A stretch of 32,000 bases of DNA from an uncultured Oscillospiraceae bacterium (GTDB lineage Bacteria; Bacillota; Clostridia; Oscillospirales; Oscillospiraceae): NCBI GenBank assembly GCA_934631005.1, contig CAKTXA010000008.1, positions 36,276 through 68,275 on the forward strand, given 5' to 3'. Shown here piece by piece: positions 16,750-23,749 of the stretch. The stretch's first letter is position 1; the number at the start of each line of letters is the position of its first letter. A program made the translations under genes and the position numbers. Under the pieces are notes generated by a model. That model was not told where the DNA came from, ran no database searches, and saw only the letters and a list, made by a program, of their open reading frames with translations.

Positions 16750-17307
16750 TCAAGCGGTTCGCCGCGCGGCGGTGCTGACGGTGGTCAGCATGGTGATGAC
16801 GTTCAGCGCGCCCTCCAGGATCAGCGACACGCCCAGCAGCCGCGCCATCAGGCGCATACTCGCGCCGGGGCGGAAGATCAGGATCCCCCCGCACGCTGCC
16901 GTGGCGATGGCCGCCGCCATCAAGAGCCCCCACTGCCGGATGCCGAACGGACGTGCGTCCACTGCGATCTGCACCTTAAAAAGCCCATCTGCCAAGATCA
17001 GAATGCCGATCACCGTACAGAAAAAGCTCAGCGTGCCCTCCGTGTGCAGCAGCAGGCTCACGCTCAGCGCCAGCATCAAAATGCCGGAGGACAAATCGTT
17101 TTCAAACGCCAGCCGGAACAGATCCTTCGAAAAATACCCCACCAGCTTCACCGCGCCAAAGGCGAGCATCGTCAGCCCGCACAGAAGCCCGACCGTTCGG
17201 ATAGACGCCTCCGGGTCGCAGATCACGAGCGCTCCCATTAAGCACAGCAGCCCGGACATCACAAGATACCCGGCCTTGGCAATCTTTGTCGGCATTGCAG
17301 ATCGCAT
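16750..17307 (-). CDS. HdeD/DUF308-family membrane protein (paralog 1)
   Basis: Start chosen at the ATG (MRSAMPTK) with GGGGG 8 nt upstream. Multi-pass hydrophobic protein with the same repeat architecture as 14341-14883. Confidence 0.65.
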   Translation of the reverse strand: MRSAMPTKIAKAGYLVMSGLLCLMGALVICDPEASIRTVGLLCGLTMLAFGAVKLVGYFSKDLFRLAFENDLSSGILMLALSVSLLLHTEGTLSFFCTVIGILILADGLFKVQIAVDARPFGIRQWGLLMAAAIATAACGGILIFRPGASMRLMARLLGVSLILEGALNVITMLTTVSTAARRTA

Positions 17308-17333
17308 ACCGCACACCCCCTTTTACAGCCTAT

Positions 17334-17362
17334 AGCTTAGCACCGCCATTCACTTTCGGCAA
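17334..17362 (-). promoter_or_regulatory. Candidate promoter of the DUF308-ftsH operon
   Basis: Minus strand: TTGCCG - 17 nt - TAAGCT with TGc (extended -10). Moderate match only. Confidence 0.3.
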
Positions 17363-17444
17363 TGGGCATTTTCGCGCGTGTGTTACCAATTGCCACATTC
17401 ACGCGCATCTGTCCAAAAACGTTACAGTCCCGCGCATTCGTCCA

Positions 17445-17473
17445 TTGCGCGGCGCGCCCGCGTCCGGTAGAAT
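17445..17473 (+). promoter_or_regulatory. Candidate promoter of the short 17532 ORF
   Basis: TTGCGC - 17 nt - TAGAAT, about 58 nt upstream of the ATG. Confidence 0.35.
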
Positions 17474-17531
17474 ATTTTCAGCGAGGTTCCGTATAAATCG
17501 ACAAAATGCCGGCAGGCAGAGAGAGGGCGCC

Positions 17532-17684
17532 ATGACGTATCACATTCTGTATAACCCGCTCGCAGGCGGCGGCATGATCCCCACCCCGCTTCAGATCGGC
17601 GGCGAGGCCATCCCGGATGTCGCGTCCTACCGCGCGCTGGCCTGCGCAGACGTCCACGCCGCGGCCGCCGCGCGCGGTGCATAA
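17532..17684 (+). pseudogene. 50-aa ORF whose first 14 residues resemble the N-terminus of DAGK/YegS-family lipid kinases; possible gene remnant or genuine small protein
   Basis: MTYHILYNPLAGGG.. preceded by GAGAGAGGG. The rest has no recognisable similarity. A strong terminator follows at 17717-17754. Confidence 0.25.
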
Positions 17685-17716
17685 CACTGCCCATCCATGT
17701 TTCCCCTTCTCCATAA

Positions 17717-17754
17717 GAGAGCCCCGGTGCACCTTCCGATGCACCGGGGCTCTC
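17717..17754. terminator. Intrinsic terminator between the short ORF and the convergent TetR gene
   Basis: 15-bp stem gagagccccggtgca / tgcaccggggctctc, followed on the + strand by gtttactttt. Confidence 0.75.
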
Positions 17755-17762
17755 GTTTACTT

Positions 17763-18326
17763 TTATGACGGGTGGCTGCTCAGCTTTTGCGCCAGCTCCT
17801 CTGCAAAGCCGCCGCGGATGGCGCAGATGCGGTGCAGATACGCAAAAACGTCCTCCGGCATCCCCTGCATCATCCAGTCCGTGATGATGCCGAAGCACTG
17901 TCCACGGTAAAACCGCACCAGCAGCTCCTCGTCCGGCTGGCTGAGCGCGTACTGCTCAGCCAGCTCGCGGATGTAGGCGCGCACAACGTAGTCGCAGACC
18001 TGCAGCTGTGCGGCCTCAAACACATCGCGACTCACGGAGCAATAGATGTGCTGGATGGCTGTTTTTTCCGCGATCAGGTCGTGCAGAATAAGGTTCAGAT
18101 TGTCCTCGATCAAGCTGACGCCGTGAAAGTTTTTCAGCATCTGATCCAGCCGCTCCTTGATGATCTCCCCCAGCAGCGCGGGGACGTCCTGATAGTGATA
18201 GTAAAAGGACTTACGGTTGATACCGCACTGCTCCACGATCATCTTGACCGTGATGTCCCGCAGCGGATACCGCCGCAGCAGCATCCAGAAATTCGCCTTG
18301 ATCGCCTGCTTCGTAAAACCTGGCAT
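17763..18326 (-). CDS. TetR/AcrR-family transcriptional regulator (DhaS-like C-terminal domain)
   Basis: N-terminal HTH (ITVKMIVEQCGINRKSFYYHYQDV). SD AGGAGAGGGG upstream. 187 aa. Confidence 0.85.
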   Translation of the reverse strand: MPGFTKQAIKANFWMLLRRYPLRDITVKMIVEQCGINRKSFYYHYQDVPALLGEIIKERLDQMLKNFHGVSLIEDNLNLILHDLIAEKTAIQHIYCSVSRDVFEAAQLQVCDYVVRAYIRELAEQYALSQPDEELLVRFYRGQCFGIITDWMMQGMPEDVFAYLHRICAIRGGFAEELAQKLSSHPS

Positions 18327-18358
18327 AGCCCCTCTCCTGTTCTCACCGTTCTGCGCTT

Positions 18359-18387
18359 ATTATGACATAAAAATCCCCCCGGCGCAA
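18359..18387 (-). promoter_or_regulatory. Candidate promoter of the TetR gene
   Basis: Minus strand: TTGCGC - 17 nt - CATAAT with TGt (extended -10), about 30 nt upstream of the ATG. Confidence 0.45.
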
Positions 18388-18445
18388 GCTTTGGCGAAGA
18401 AAACAGGAATATGCTGCGATGGCGCTGCGATTTTATAAATACCCC

Positions 18446-18473
18446 TTGACAAACCGGCGATTTATGATATAAT
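18446..18473 (+). promoter_or_regulatory. Strong sigma-A promoter of tRNA-Thr
   Basis: TTGACA - 16 nt - TATAAT with TGa (extended -10), 23 nt upstream of the tRNA 5' end. Confidence 0.65.
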
Positions 18474-18496
18474 ACGAAAGCTGTCTGACAGCAAAT

Positions 18497-18572
18497 GCTA
18501 CTGTAGCTCAGTTGGTAGAGCGCGTCATTGGTAATGACGAGGTCGGCAGTTCGAATCTGCCCAGCAGCTCCA
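18497..18572 (+). tRNA. tRNA-Thr (anticodon GGU), CCA encoded
   Basis: 76-nt cloverleaf read by hand. D arm gctc/gagc with agttggta, anticodon arm cgtca-ttGGTaa-tgacg, T arm ggcag-ttcgaat-ctgcc, U73 and CCA. One A:C mismatch at acceptor pair 4:69. Confidence 0.9.
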
Positions 18573-18608
18573 AAATCGGCAATTCTCGTAAGAGAGTTGC
18601 CGATTTTA
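18573..18608 (+). terminator. Intrinsic terminator of tRNA-Thr
   Basis: 15-bp stem (aaatcggcaattctc / gagagttgccgattt, one G-U pair), loop gtaa, then a T-run. Confidence 0.8.
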
Positions 18609-18612
18609 CTTA

Positions 18613-18633
18613 TTCACTTTTCACTATTCACTA
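18613..18633 (+). repeat. Three tandem heptamers TTCACT(T/A), plus an inverted copy at 18670-18676
   Basis: ttcactt-ttcacta-ttcacta read directly. tagtgaa lies 37 nt downstream. The surrounding 80 bp is AT-rich. Confidence 0.6.
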
Positions 18634-18687
18634 AAAACAATACAGCCGATTTGGGAAAGTAATAGGTAATAGTGAAGAGGTCAATGT

Positions 18688-18721
18688 ACGCCCCACCGGT
18701 GCTGCCGGTGGGGCGTTTTTT
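18688..18721 (+). terminator. Intrinsic terminator with plus-strand polarity next to the ABC exporter stop
   Basis: 12-bp stem acgccccaccgg / ccggtggggcgt followed by TTTTTT on the + strand only. There is no A-run on the left, so it is a poor terminator for the minus-strand ABC genes. Confidence 0.7.
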
Positions 18722-18732
18722 GAATTGCTGGC

Positions 18733-20550
18733 TTATTCGTCGGTCTCCATGATGGTGCGGGTCTGTTCTTCGCGGTACTGGCGGGTGTAGAGCTGCCAGT
18801 AGGCGCCCTTTGCAGCCATCAGCTCGCGGTGCGAGCCGCGCTCGACGATCTTGCCGTCGTGGACGACGAGAATGACATCTGCGCGGCGGATGGTGGACAG
18901 GCGGTGCGCGATGATGAACGACGTGCGCCCCGCCATCACCTGCTCGATGGCGTTCTGGATGAGCCGCTCCGTCACGGTGTCGACAGAGCTGGTGGCCTCG
19001 TCGAGGACGAAGATGCGCGGGTCGGCCAGCAGCGCACGGGCAAACGACAAAAGCTGCTTTTCGCCCGTGGACAGGCCGCTGCCGCCCTCACCGACCTCGG
19101 AGTTGTAGCCCTCCGGCAGGCGCGCGATGATCTCGTCGGCCGACACGGCGTGCACCGCCGCCTCGATCTGCTCCATCGTCGCGTGCTCGTTTCCGTAGCG
19201 CAGATTTTCCAGCACCGTGCCGGAAAACAGGTGCGGCGTCTGCAGCACGTAGCCGATGTTGGAGTGCAGCCAGAGCTGGCTGCGCTCGCGTGCGTCGCGC
19301 CCGTCGATGAGCACCTGCCCCTGCGTCGGCTCGAAGAACCGGCAGACGAGGTTCACGAGCGTCGACTTGCCCGCGCCGGTCTCGCCCACGATGGCCACGT
19401 TCGTCCCCTGCGGGACCTTGAGGTCAAAATGCTCCAGCACGTTCTCCTGCCCGTCCGGGTAGCGGAACGTCACGTCGCGGAACTCAATATCGCCGTAAAG
19501 CGGCTCCCAGTTCTCCTTTTTCGGGTGGAAGCTGTCACCGTATTTTTGGGTGACCTCCGGCGTGTCGCGCACGTCAGACTCCGTCTCCATGAGCTTTGTA
19601 AAGCGCTCCACGTTGACCTGCACGTTTGTTAGCGCGGAGAGGACCTGCACCAGCCACTGGATGGGCTCCATCATGCCCTGCGCGTAGTTCATAAACACCG
19701 ACAGCGTGCCGATGAGCATCACGCCGCGCTGCGTGATGACGCCGCCGCGCCACAGAACGATCGCCAGCGCGATCGACGCCGCCATCGCCGTGGTGGACAG
19801 GAACAGGCTGCGCATGCGCATCTCGCGGACGCTCACGCGCTTCATTTCGCCTGTGAGCGTATCAAATTCGCCCTCCATGCGGTCCTCGATGACGAGCGTT
19901 TTTGTGGTCTTGGCGCCGGTGATGCCCTCGTTGAACGCGCCGGTGATCTGCGAGTTGTGCTCGCGCACGCGGCGGTGGTAGAGAACGAGCTTCTTCTGAA
20001 AATACATCCCCGAGACCACCAGCACCGGCACGATCACCATCACGCCGAGCGCCAGCCTCCAGTTGAGGGCAAACATCGTCACGATCGCAAAGAGCAGATA
20101 TGCGATATACCACACGCCCTCCATCAGGCCCCACGCGAGCGTGCTCGCGATGCGGTCGGTGTCGGACATGACGCGCGCGTGGACATAGCCCACGCTGTTC
20201 TGATTGAAATACGAGAATGAAAGCGTTTGCAGATGGTCAAACGCCTGCCGCTTGAGGTCGCGGCCGATGTAGAGCTCGGCCTTGCACGCGCCGTAGGCGG
20301 AGATGTAATTGGACGCCGTCTGCACCAGCATCACCACCACATACAGACCGATGAACCAGCCGAGCCCCGTCATCGCGCCGCTTGCGATGAAATGGTCGAT
20401 GGCGTACTGCTGGAACAGCGGGATGACCACATCCATCACGCTCGCGAGCGTGCCGAAAAACACCATAGCGAACAGCAGCCTGCCATAGCCCGACAGATAG
20501 CTGGCGAGCTTCGGGATGCCGAACAGGCGCAGATGCGGTTGTTCCTTCAT
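18733..20550 (-). CDS. ABC exporter, fused permease/ATPase (type I exporter half-transporter, subunit B)
   Basis: Six-TM domain followed by Walker A GETGAGKST, signature LSTGEKQ and Walker B IFVLDEATS. The ATG overlaps the upstream stop (ATGA). Confidence 0.9.
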   Translation of the reverse strand: MKEQPHLRLFGIPKLASYLSGYGRLLFAMVFFGTLASVMDVVIPLFQQYAIDHFIASGAMTGLGWFIGLYVVVMLVQTASNYISAYGACKAELYIGRDLKRQAFDHLQTLSFSYFNQNSVGYVHARVMSDTDRIASTLAWGLMEGVWYIAYLLFAIVTMFALNWRLALGVMVIVPVLVVSGMYFQKKLVLYHRRVREHNSQITGAFNEGITGAKTTKTLVIEDRMEGEFDTLTGEMKRVSVREMRMRSLFLSTTAMAASIALAIVLWRGGVITQRGVMLIGTLSVFMNYAQGMMEPIQWLVQVLSALTNVQVNVERFTKLMETESDVRDTPEVTQKYGDSFHPKKENWEPLYGDIEFRDVTFRYPDGQENVLEHFDLKVPQGTNVAIVGETGAGKSTLVNLVCRFFEPTQGQVLIDGRDARERSQLWLHSNIGYVLQTPHLFSGTVLENLRYGNEHATMEQIEAAVHAVSADEIIARLPEGYNSEVGEGGSGLSTGEKQLLSFARALLADPRIFVLDEATSSVDTVTERLIQNAIEQVMAGRTSFIIAHRLSTIRRADVILVVHDGKIVERGSHRELMAAKGAYWQLYTRQYREEQTRTIMETDE

Positions 20551-22346
20551 CGTTCGGCCTCCTCTCCAATGGACATTTGCATATCATAGATCTGGCGGAA
20601 CAGCCCGTCCTCGCGGAGCAGCCGCTCCGGCGTGCCGAGCTGCAGCACCCTGCCGTGGTCGAGCACCAGAATGTTGTCACAGTCCAGCAGCGTTGTGATG
20701 CGGTGCGAGATGATGATGCTCGTCGTGCCCTTGCGGTCGCGGGCCAGCGCGGCGCGAATTTTCTCATCCGTCTGCGTGTCGACCGCCGAGAGCGAGTCGT
20801 CAAACACCGTGACCGGCGTTTTCTGCGTCAGCATCCGCGCGATGGCCACGCGCTGCTTCTGCCCGCCGGAGAGCGTTACGCCGCGCTCGCCCACCATGGT
20901 GTCATAGCCGTTTGCAAAGCCCGCAATATCGTCCGCGATGCAGGCGGTCTTTGCGGCCTCGCGGATGGTCTGCTCGTCCGCGCCGCAGACGCCGATGTTC
21001 TCCGCGATCGTCCGCGAAAAAAGAAACGGCTCCTGCAGCACGACGCCCACATTTTTCCGCACCCACGCGGCGGGCATCTCCGCAAGGTCCGCGCCGCCGA
21101 CCGTCACGCGCCCTTCGCTCGGCGCGTAGAGACGGCACAGCATCAGAAGCAGACTGCTCTTGCCCGAGCCCGTTCCGCCGAGCACGCCGAAGCGGCTGCC
21201 CGCCGGGATGGTGAACGACACGTCGTGCAGCACGTCCGCGCCGGTATCATAGCGGAACGACACGCGGTCAAACACAATGTCGCCGTCCATGGGCAGCGCC
21301 TGCGCCCCGGGCGCGTCCTGCTCCACGGGCGCGTCCAAGATCTCGCCGATACGCGCGACCGAAACGCCGGCCTTGCTCATCTCCGAGATGACGCGGCCAA
21401 GCCTGCGCACGGGGCCGATGATCATGGCATTGTAGATGGCAAACGACACAAAATCGCCCTCGGTCATCTCGCCGCGCACGCACAGGAGGCTGCCGAATAT
21501 AACGACGAGCATCGTCTGCAAACACGCCGTCATATCGCCGACGGCCCAGAAATCCGAGAGCGTCTTGCACAGGCGCACCCAGAGCGTGGTGTACTCCTGA
21601 TTCTGCTTTTCAAAGCGCTCGCGCTCAAAATTTTCGCGCCCGAACGCGCGCACCACGCGCACGCCGGTCAGATTCTCCTGCGCGATGGTGGACAGCACGC
21701 CCTCGCTCTCGTCGCAGGCCGTGAAGCGCTCGCGCACCTTGTTGTGAAACAGGATCGAATAGCTCACGATGATGGGGAACATCGCCCCCGGCACGAGCGC
21801 CAGCTTCCAGTTCATCAGCGCCATGCACGTCAGCGACAGCACGATCATGGCGATCATGCGAAATACCGACACGAACTGCTCCTGAAAAAACTGCTTGATG
21901 CGCTCTACATCGGACGTGCAGCGCTGGATAATATCGCCGGTCGGATTTTTGGAATGCCACGCCCACGGCAGGTGCTGAATGTGGCCATAGAGCAGGTCGC
22001 GGCTCGTTTTTACGAGCGTCTCGCCCGCTTTTGCCGTGTAGAGCTGCATCAAGTAGCGGAAGATCGCCGAAAGGAGCCCCACTGCCACCAGCACCGCCGC
22101 CGGGAGCCACAGCGCGCCGCGGATGTGCTCCGCCCTGCCGAACAGCGCCGCGATCCGCGCCGCCGCCGCGCTGCGCACGGGCGCGCTGCCGATGAACGAG
22201 TCCACGCTCACGCGGATGATCTGCGGGATGATCAGCTCGCAGCCCGTAAAGATCAGGCCCGACACGATGCAGACTGTAAAACAGCCCCAGCTTCCATGCA
22301 GAAGCCGGAGCATCGTGCGGCCGTTTCCGGTCTTTTGCTTCTTCAA
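20547..22346 (-). CDS. ABC exporter, fused permease/ATPase (subunit A of a heterodimeric pair)
   Basis: Walker A GGTGSGKSS, signature LSGGQKQ, Walker B VTVFDDSLS (degenerate D-loop side, typical of heterodimers). Start chosen at the TTG (LKKQKTG..) with GGAGG 7 nt upstream. An alternative ATG is at 22313. Confidence 0.85.
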   Translation of the reverse strand: MKKQKTGNGRTMLRLLHGSWGCFTVCIVSGLIFTGCELIIPQIIRVSVDSFIGSAPVRSAAAARIAALFGRAEHIRGALWLPAAVLVAVGLLSAIFRYLMQLYTAKAGETLVKTSRDLLYGHIQHLPWAWHSKNPTGDIIQRCTSDVERIKQFFQEQFVSVFRMIAMIVLSLTCMALMNWKLALVPGAMFPIIVSYSILFHNKVRERFTACDESEGVLSTIAQENLTGVRVVRAFGRENFERERFEKQNQEYTTLWVRLCKTLSDFWAVGDMTACLQTMLVVIFGSLLCVRGEMTEGDFVSFAIYNAMIIGPVRRLGRVISEMSKAGVSVARIGEILDAPVEQDAPGAQALPMDGDIVFDRVSFRYDTGADVLHDVSFTIPAGSRFGVLGGTGSGKSSLLLMLCRLYAPSEGRVTVGGADLAEMPAAWVRKNVGVVLQEPFLFSRTIAENIGVCGADEQTIREAAKTACIADDIAGFANGYDTMVGERGVTLSGGQKQRVAIARMLTQKTPVTVFDDSLSAVDTQTDEKIRAALARDRKGTTSIIISHRITTLLDCDNILVLDHGRVLQLGTPERLLREDGLFRQIYDMQMSIGEEAER

Positions 22347-22374
22347 ATTCTTTCCTCCCTCCCTTATGGGAATC

Positions 22375-22400
22375 AAAGGCGGCGCACACGCGCCGCCTTT
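22375..22400 (-). terminator. GC-rich stem-loop ending the opp operon, located only 28 nt upstream of the ABC exporter start
   Basis: aaaggcggcgc-acac-gcgccgccttt. On the minus strand it is followed by TTTGATT. Confidence 0.55.
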
Positions 22401-22406
22401 GTGATA

Positions 22407-22435
22407 ATGCTACTATGTTTTCCCGAAAAATGCAA
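22407..22435 (-). promoter_or_regulatory. Candidate promoter of the ABC exporter pair
   Basis: Minus strand: TTGCAT - 17 nt (ttttcgggaaaacatag) - TAGCAT. It shares its -35 and spacer sequence with the citrate synthase promoter. Confidence 0.4.
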
Positions 22436-22460
22436 TGCGCCTAGAAAATCCTCAGAATTC

Positions 22461-22721
22461 TTAAGGTTTCCAAATTAAAAACAGAAGTGCCAGGAGGATG
22501 CCGAGGCCCAGCAGGTACGCGCCTGCGATCAGGAGCACGGCCTTCATCGCGCCGAGCACGGCCCAGCGCTTTTCTTTACGGGTCAGCTCCAGACCCTCGC
22601 CGCGGCTCTCCTGCGGCTCCTCGCGCCGTTTTTTCCGCGGCAGGATCGTGGGCTGCGGTGCGATGCCGCTCATGTCGGCGATCGTCCGCCCGTCGTCCTC
22701 AAACGGTTCGCGCTTTCTCAT
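22461..22721 (-). CDS. 86-aa hypothetical membrane protein translationally coupled to the last opp gene
   Basis: The ATG overlaps the oppF-like stop (ATGA). Charged N-terminal half, then a C-terminal hydrophobic helix (AVLLIAGAYLLGLGILLALLFLIW). G/C-rich third positions. Confidence 0.45.
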   Translation of the reverse strand: MRKREPFEDDGRTIADMSGIAPQPTILPRKKRREEPQESRGEGLELTRKEKRWAVLGAMKAVLLIAGAYLLGLGILLALLFLIWKP

Positions 22722-23749
22722 TTGTCAAACAGGTGGCAGACCACGTAGTGGCCCTTTTCGACCTCGCGCTGGCAGGGCGCTTCCTCGCGGCAGCGCTCCG
22801 TTGCGTACGGGCAGCGCGTGTGGAACTTGCAGCCCTTCGGCGGGTTCGCCGGGGACGGGATGGAGCCCTGCAGCACGATGCGCTCGCGCTTGATCGTCGG
22901 GTCGGGGATGGGGATGGCGGAGAACAGCGCCTTGGTGTACGGGTGCAGCGGGTGCGCAAAAATGTCCTCCGTCTGCCCGTATTCCACGAGATTGCCGAGA
23001 TACATGACGCCGACGTGATCCGAAATATGCTCCACAACGGACAGGTCGTGCGAGATAAACAGGTATGTCAGGCTGTATTTCTCCTGCAAATCCTTCAAAA
23101 GGTTAATGATCTGCGCCTGAATGGACACGTCGAGCGCGGAGACCGGCTCGTCGCAGACGACGAACTCCGGATTCAGCGCCAGCGCGCGGGCAATGCAGAT
23201 ACGCTGCCGCTGGCCGCCGGAAAATTCGTGCGGATAGCGGGTCTTATGGTACGGCTGGAGGCCGCAGTTATCCATGACCTGGTCGATATAATCGTCAAAA
23301 TCCGCCTTGGAGACAATGTTATGCTCCCGCGCCGCCTCGCCGATGATCTCGCCGACCGGAAGGCGCGGCGAAAGGCTGGAGAACGGGTCCTGGAAGATGA
23401 TCTGCATCTTCGGGCGCAGCGCGCGCATTTCCGCGGGGGTGAGGTCGTAGATTTCCTGGCCGTTGAAGAGCACCTGGCCGCCGGTCTTTTCACCGCACAG
23501 GCGCAGCACCGCGCGCCCGGTGGTCGATTTGCCGCAGCCGGACTCGCCGACAAGGCCCATGGTGCAGCCGCGCTTGAGTGAGAACGTCACGCCGTCCACG
23601 GCCTTGACATGCCCGACCGTTTTGGACAGCAGCCCGCCCTTGATGGGGAAGTATTTCTTGAGGTCATTGACCGTCAGGATATACTGCGGATCGTAGTCCG
23701 CGGGGGTGAAGTCAGGCGCAGTCTGCTTTTTATCCGCCATTTCACTCAC
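22718..23749 (-). CDS. oppF: Peptide ABC transporter ATP-binding protein (OppF-like)
   Basis: Walker [10 protein letters not shown], signature FSGGQRQR, Walker B FVVCDEPVS, and a C-terminal oligopeptide-transporter extension with cysteines. The start may be the GTG at 23749 or the ATG at 23740. Confidence 0.85.
   Translation of the reverse strand: MSEMADKKQTAPDFTPADYDPQYILTVNDLKKYFPIKGGLLSKTVGHVKAVDGVTFSLKRGCTMGLVGESGCGKSTTGRAVLRLCGEKTGGQVLFNGQEIYDLTPAEMRALRPKMQIIFQDPFSSLSPRLPVGEIIGEAAREHNIVSKADFDDYIDQVMDNCGLQPYHKTRYPHEFSGGQRQRICIARALALNPEFVVCDEPVSALDVSIQAQIINLLKDLQEKYSLTYLFISHDLSVVEHISDHVGVMYLGNLVEYGQTEDIFAHPLHPYTKALFSAIPIPDPTIKRERIVLQGSIPSPANPPKGCKFHTRCPYATERCREEAPCQREVEKGHYVVCHLFDK

Noticed and set aside
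14883-16778. 631-aa ORF antisense to ftsH
   Set aside because: FtsH motifs are unambiguous on the minus strand. The plus-strand translation is a low-complexity, Arg/Leu/Asp/Gly/Ala-rich artefact of the high GC content.
18497-22376. Genomic island integrated at tRNA-Thr (the ABC exporter pair as cargo)
   Set aside because: There is no integrase or recombinase and no visible direct repeat of the tRNA 3' end. The GC content and codon style of the ABC genes match the rest of the window.
22377-22460. Leader-peptide (ribosome-mediated) attenuation of the ABC exporter, as in BmrCD-type systems
   Set aside because: There is no ATG/GTG-initiated short ORF with an SD between the candidate promoter and the hairpin. 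Only the hairpin itself is supported.
20577-22478. 633-aa ORF antisense to the ABC exporter. Similar long antisense ORFs occur at 7675-9120, 9174-10232, 11450-12685, 12749-13933, 5499-6554, 2917-3912, 1910-2848, 22487-23581, 23706-24593 and 25602-26372.
   Set aside because: Each lies opposite a gene with clear family motifs and a good SD. All have Arg/Ala/Gly/His-rich composition and no SD or start context.
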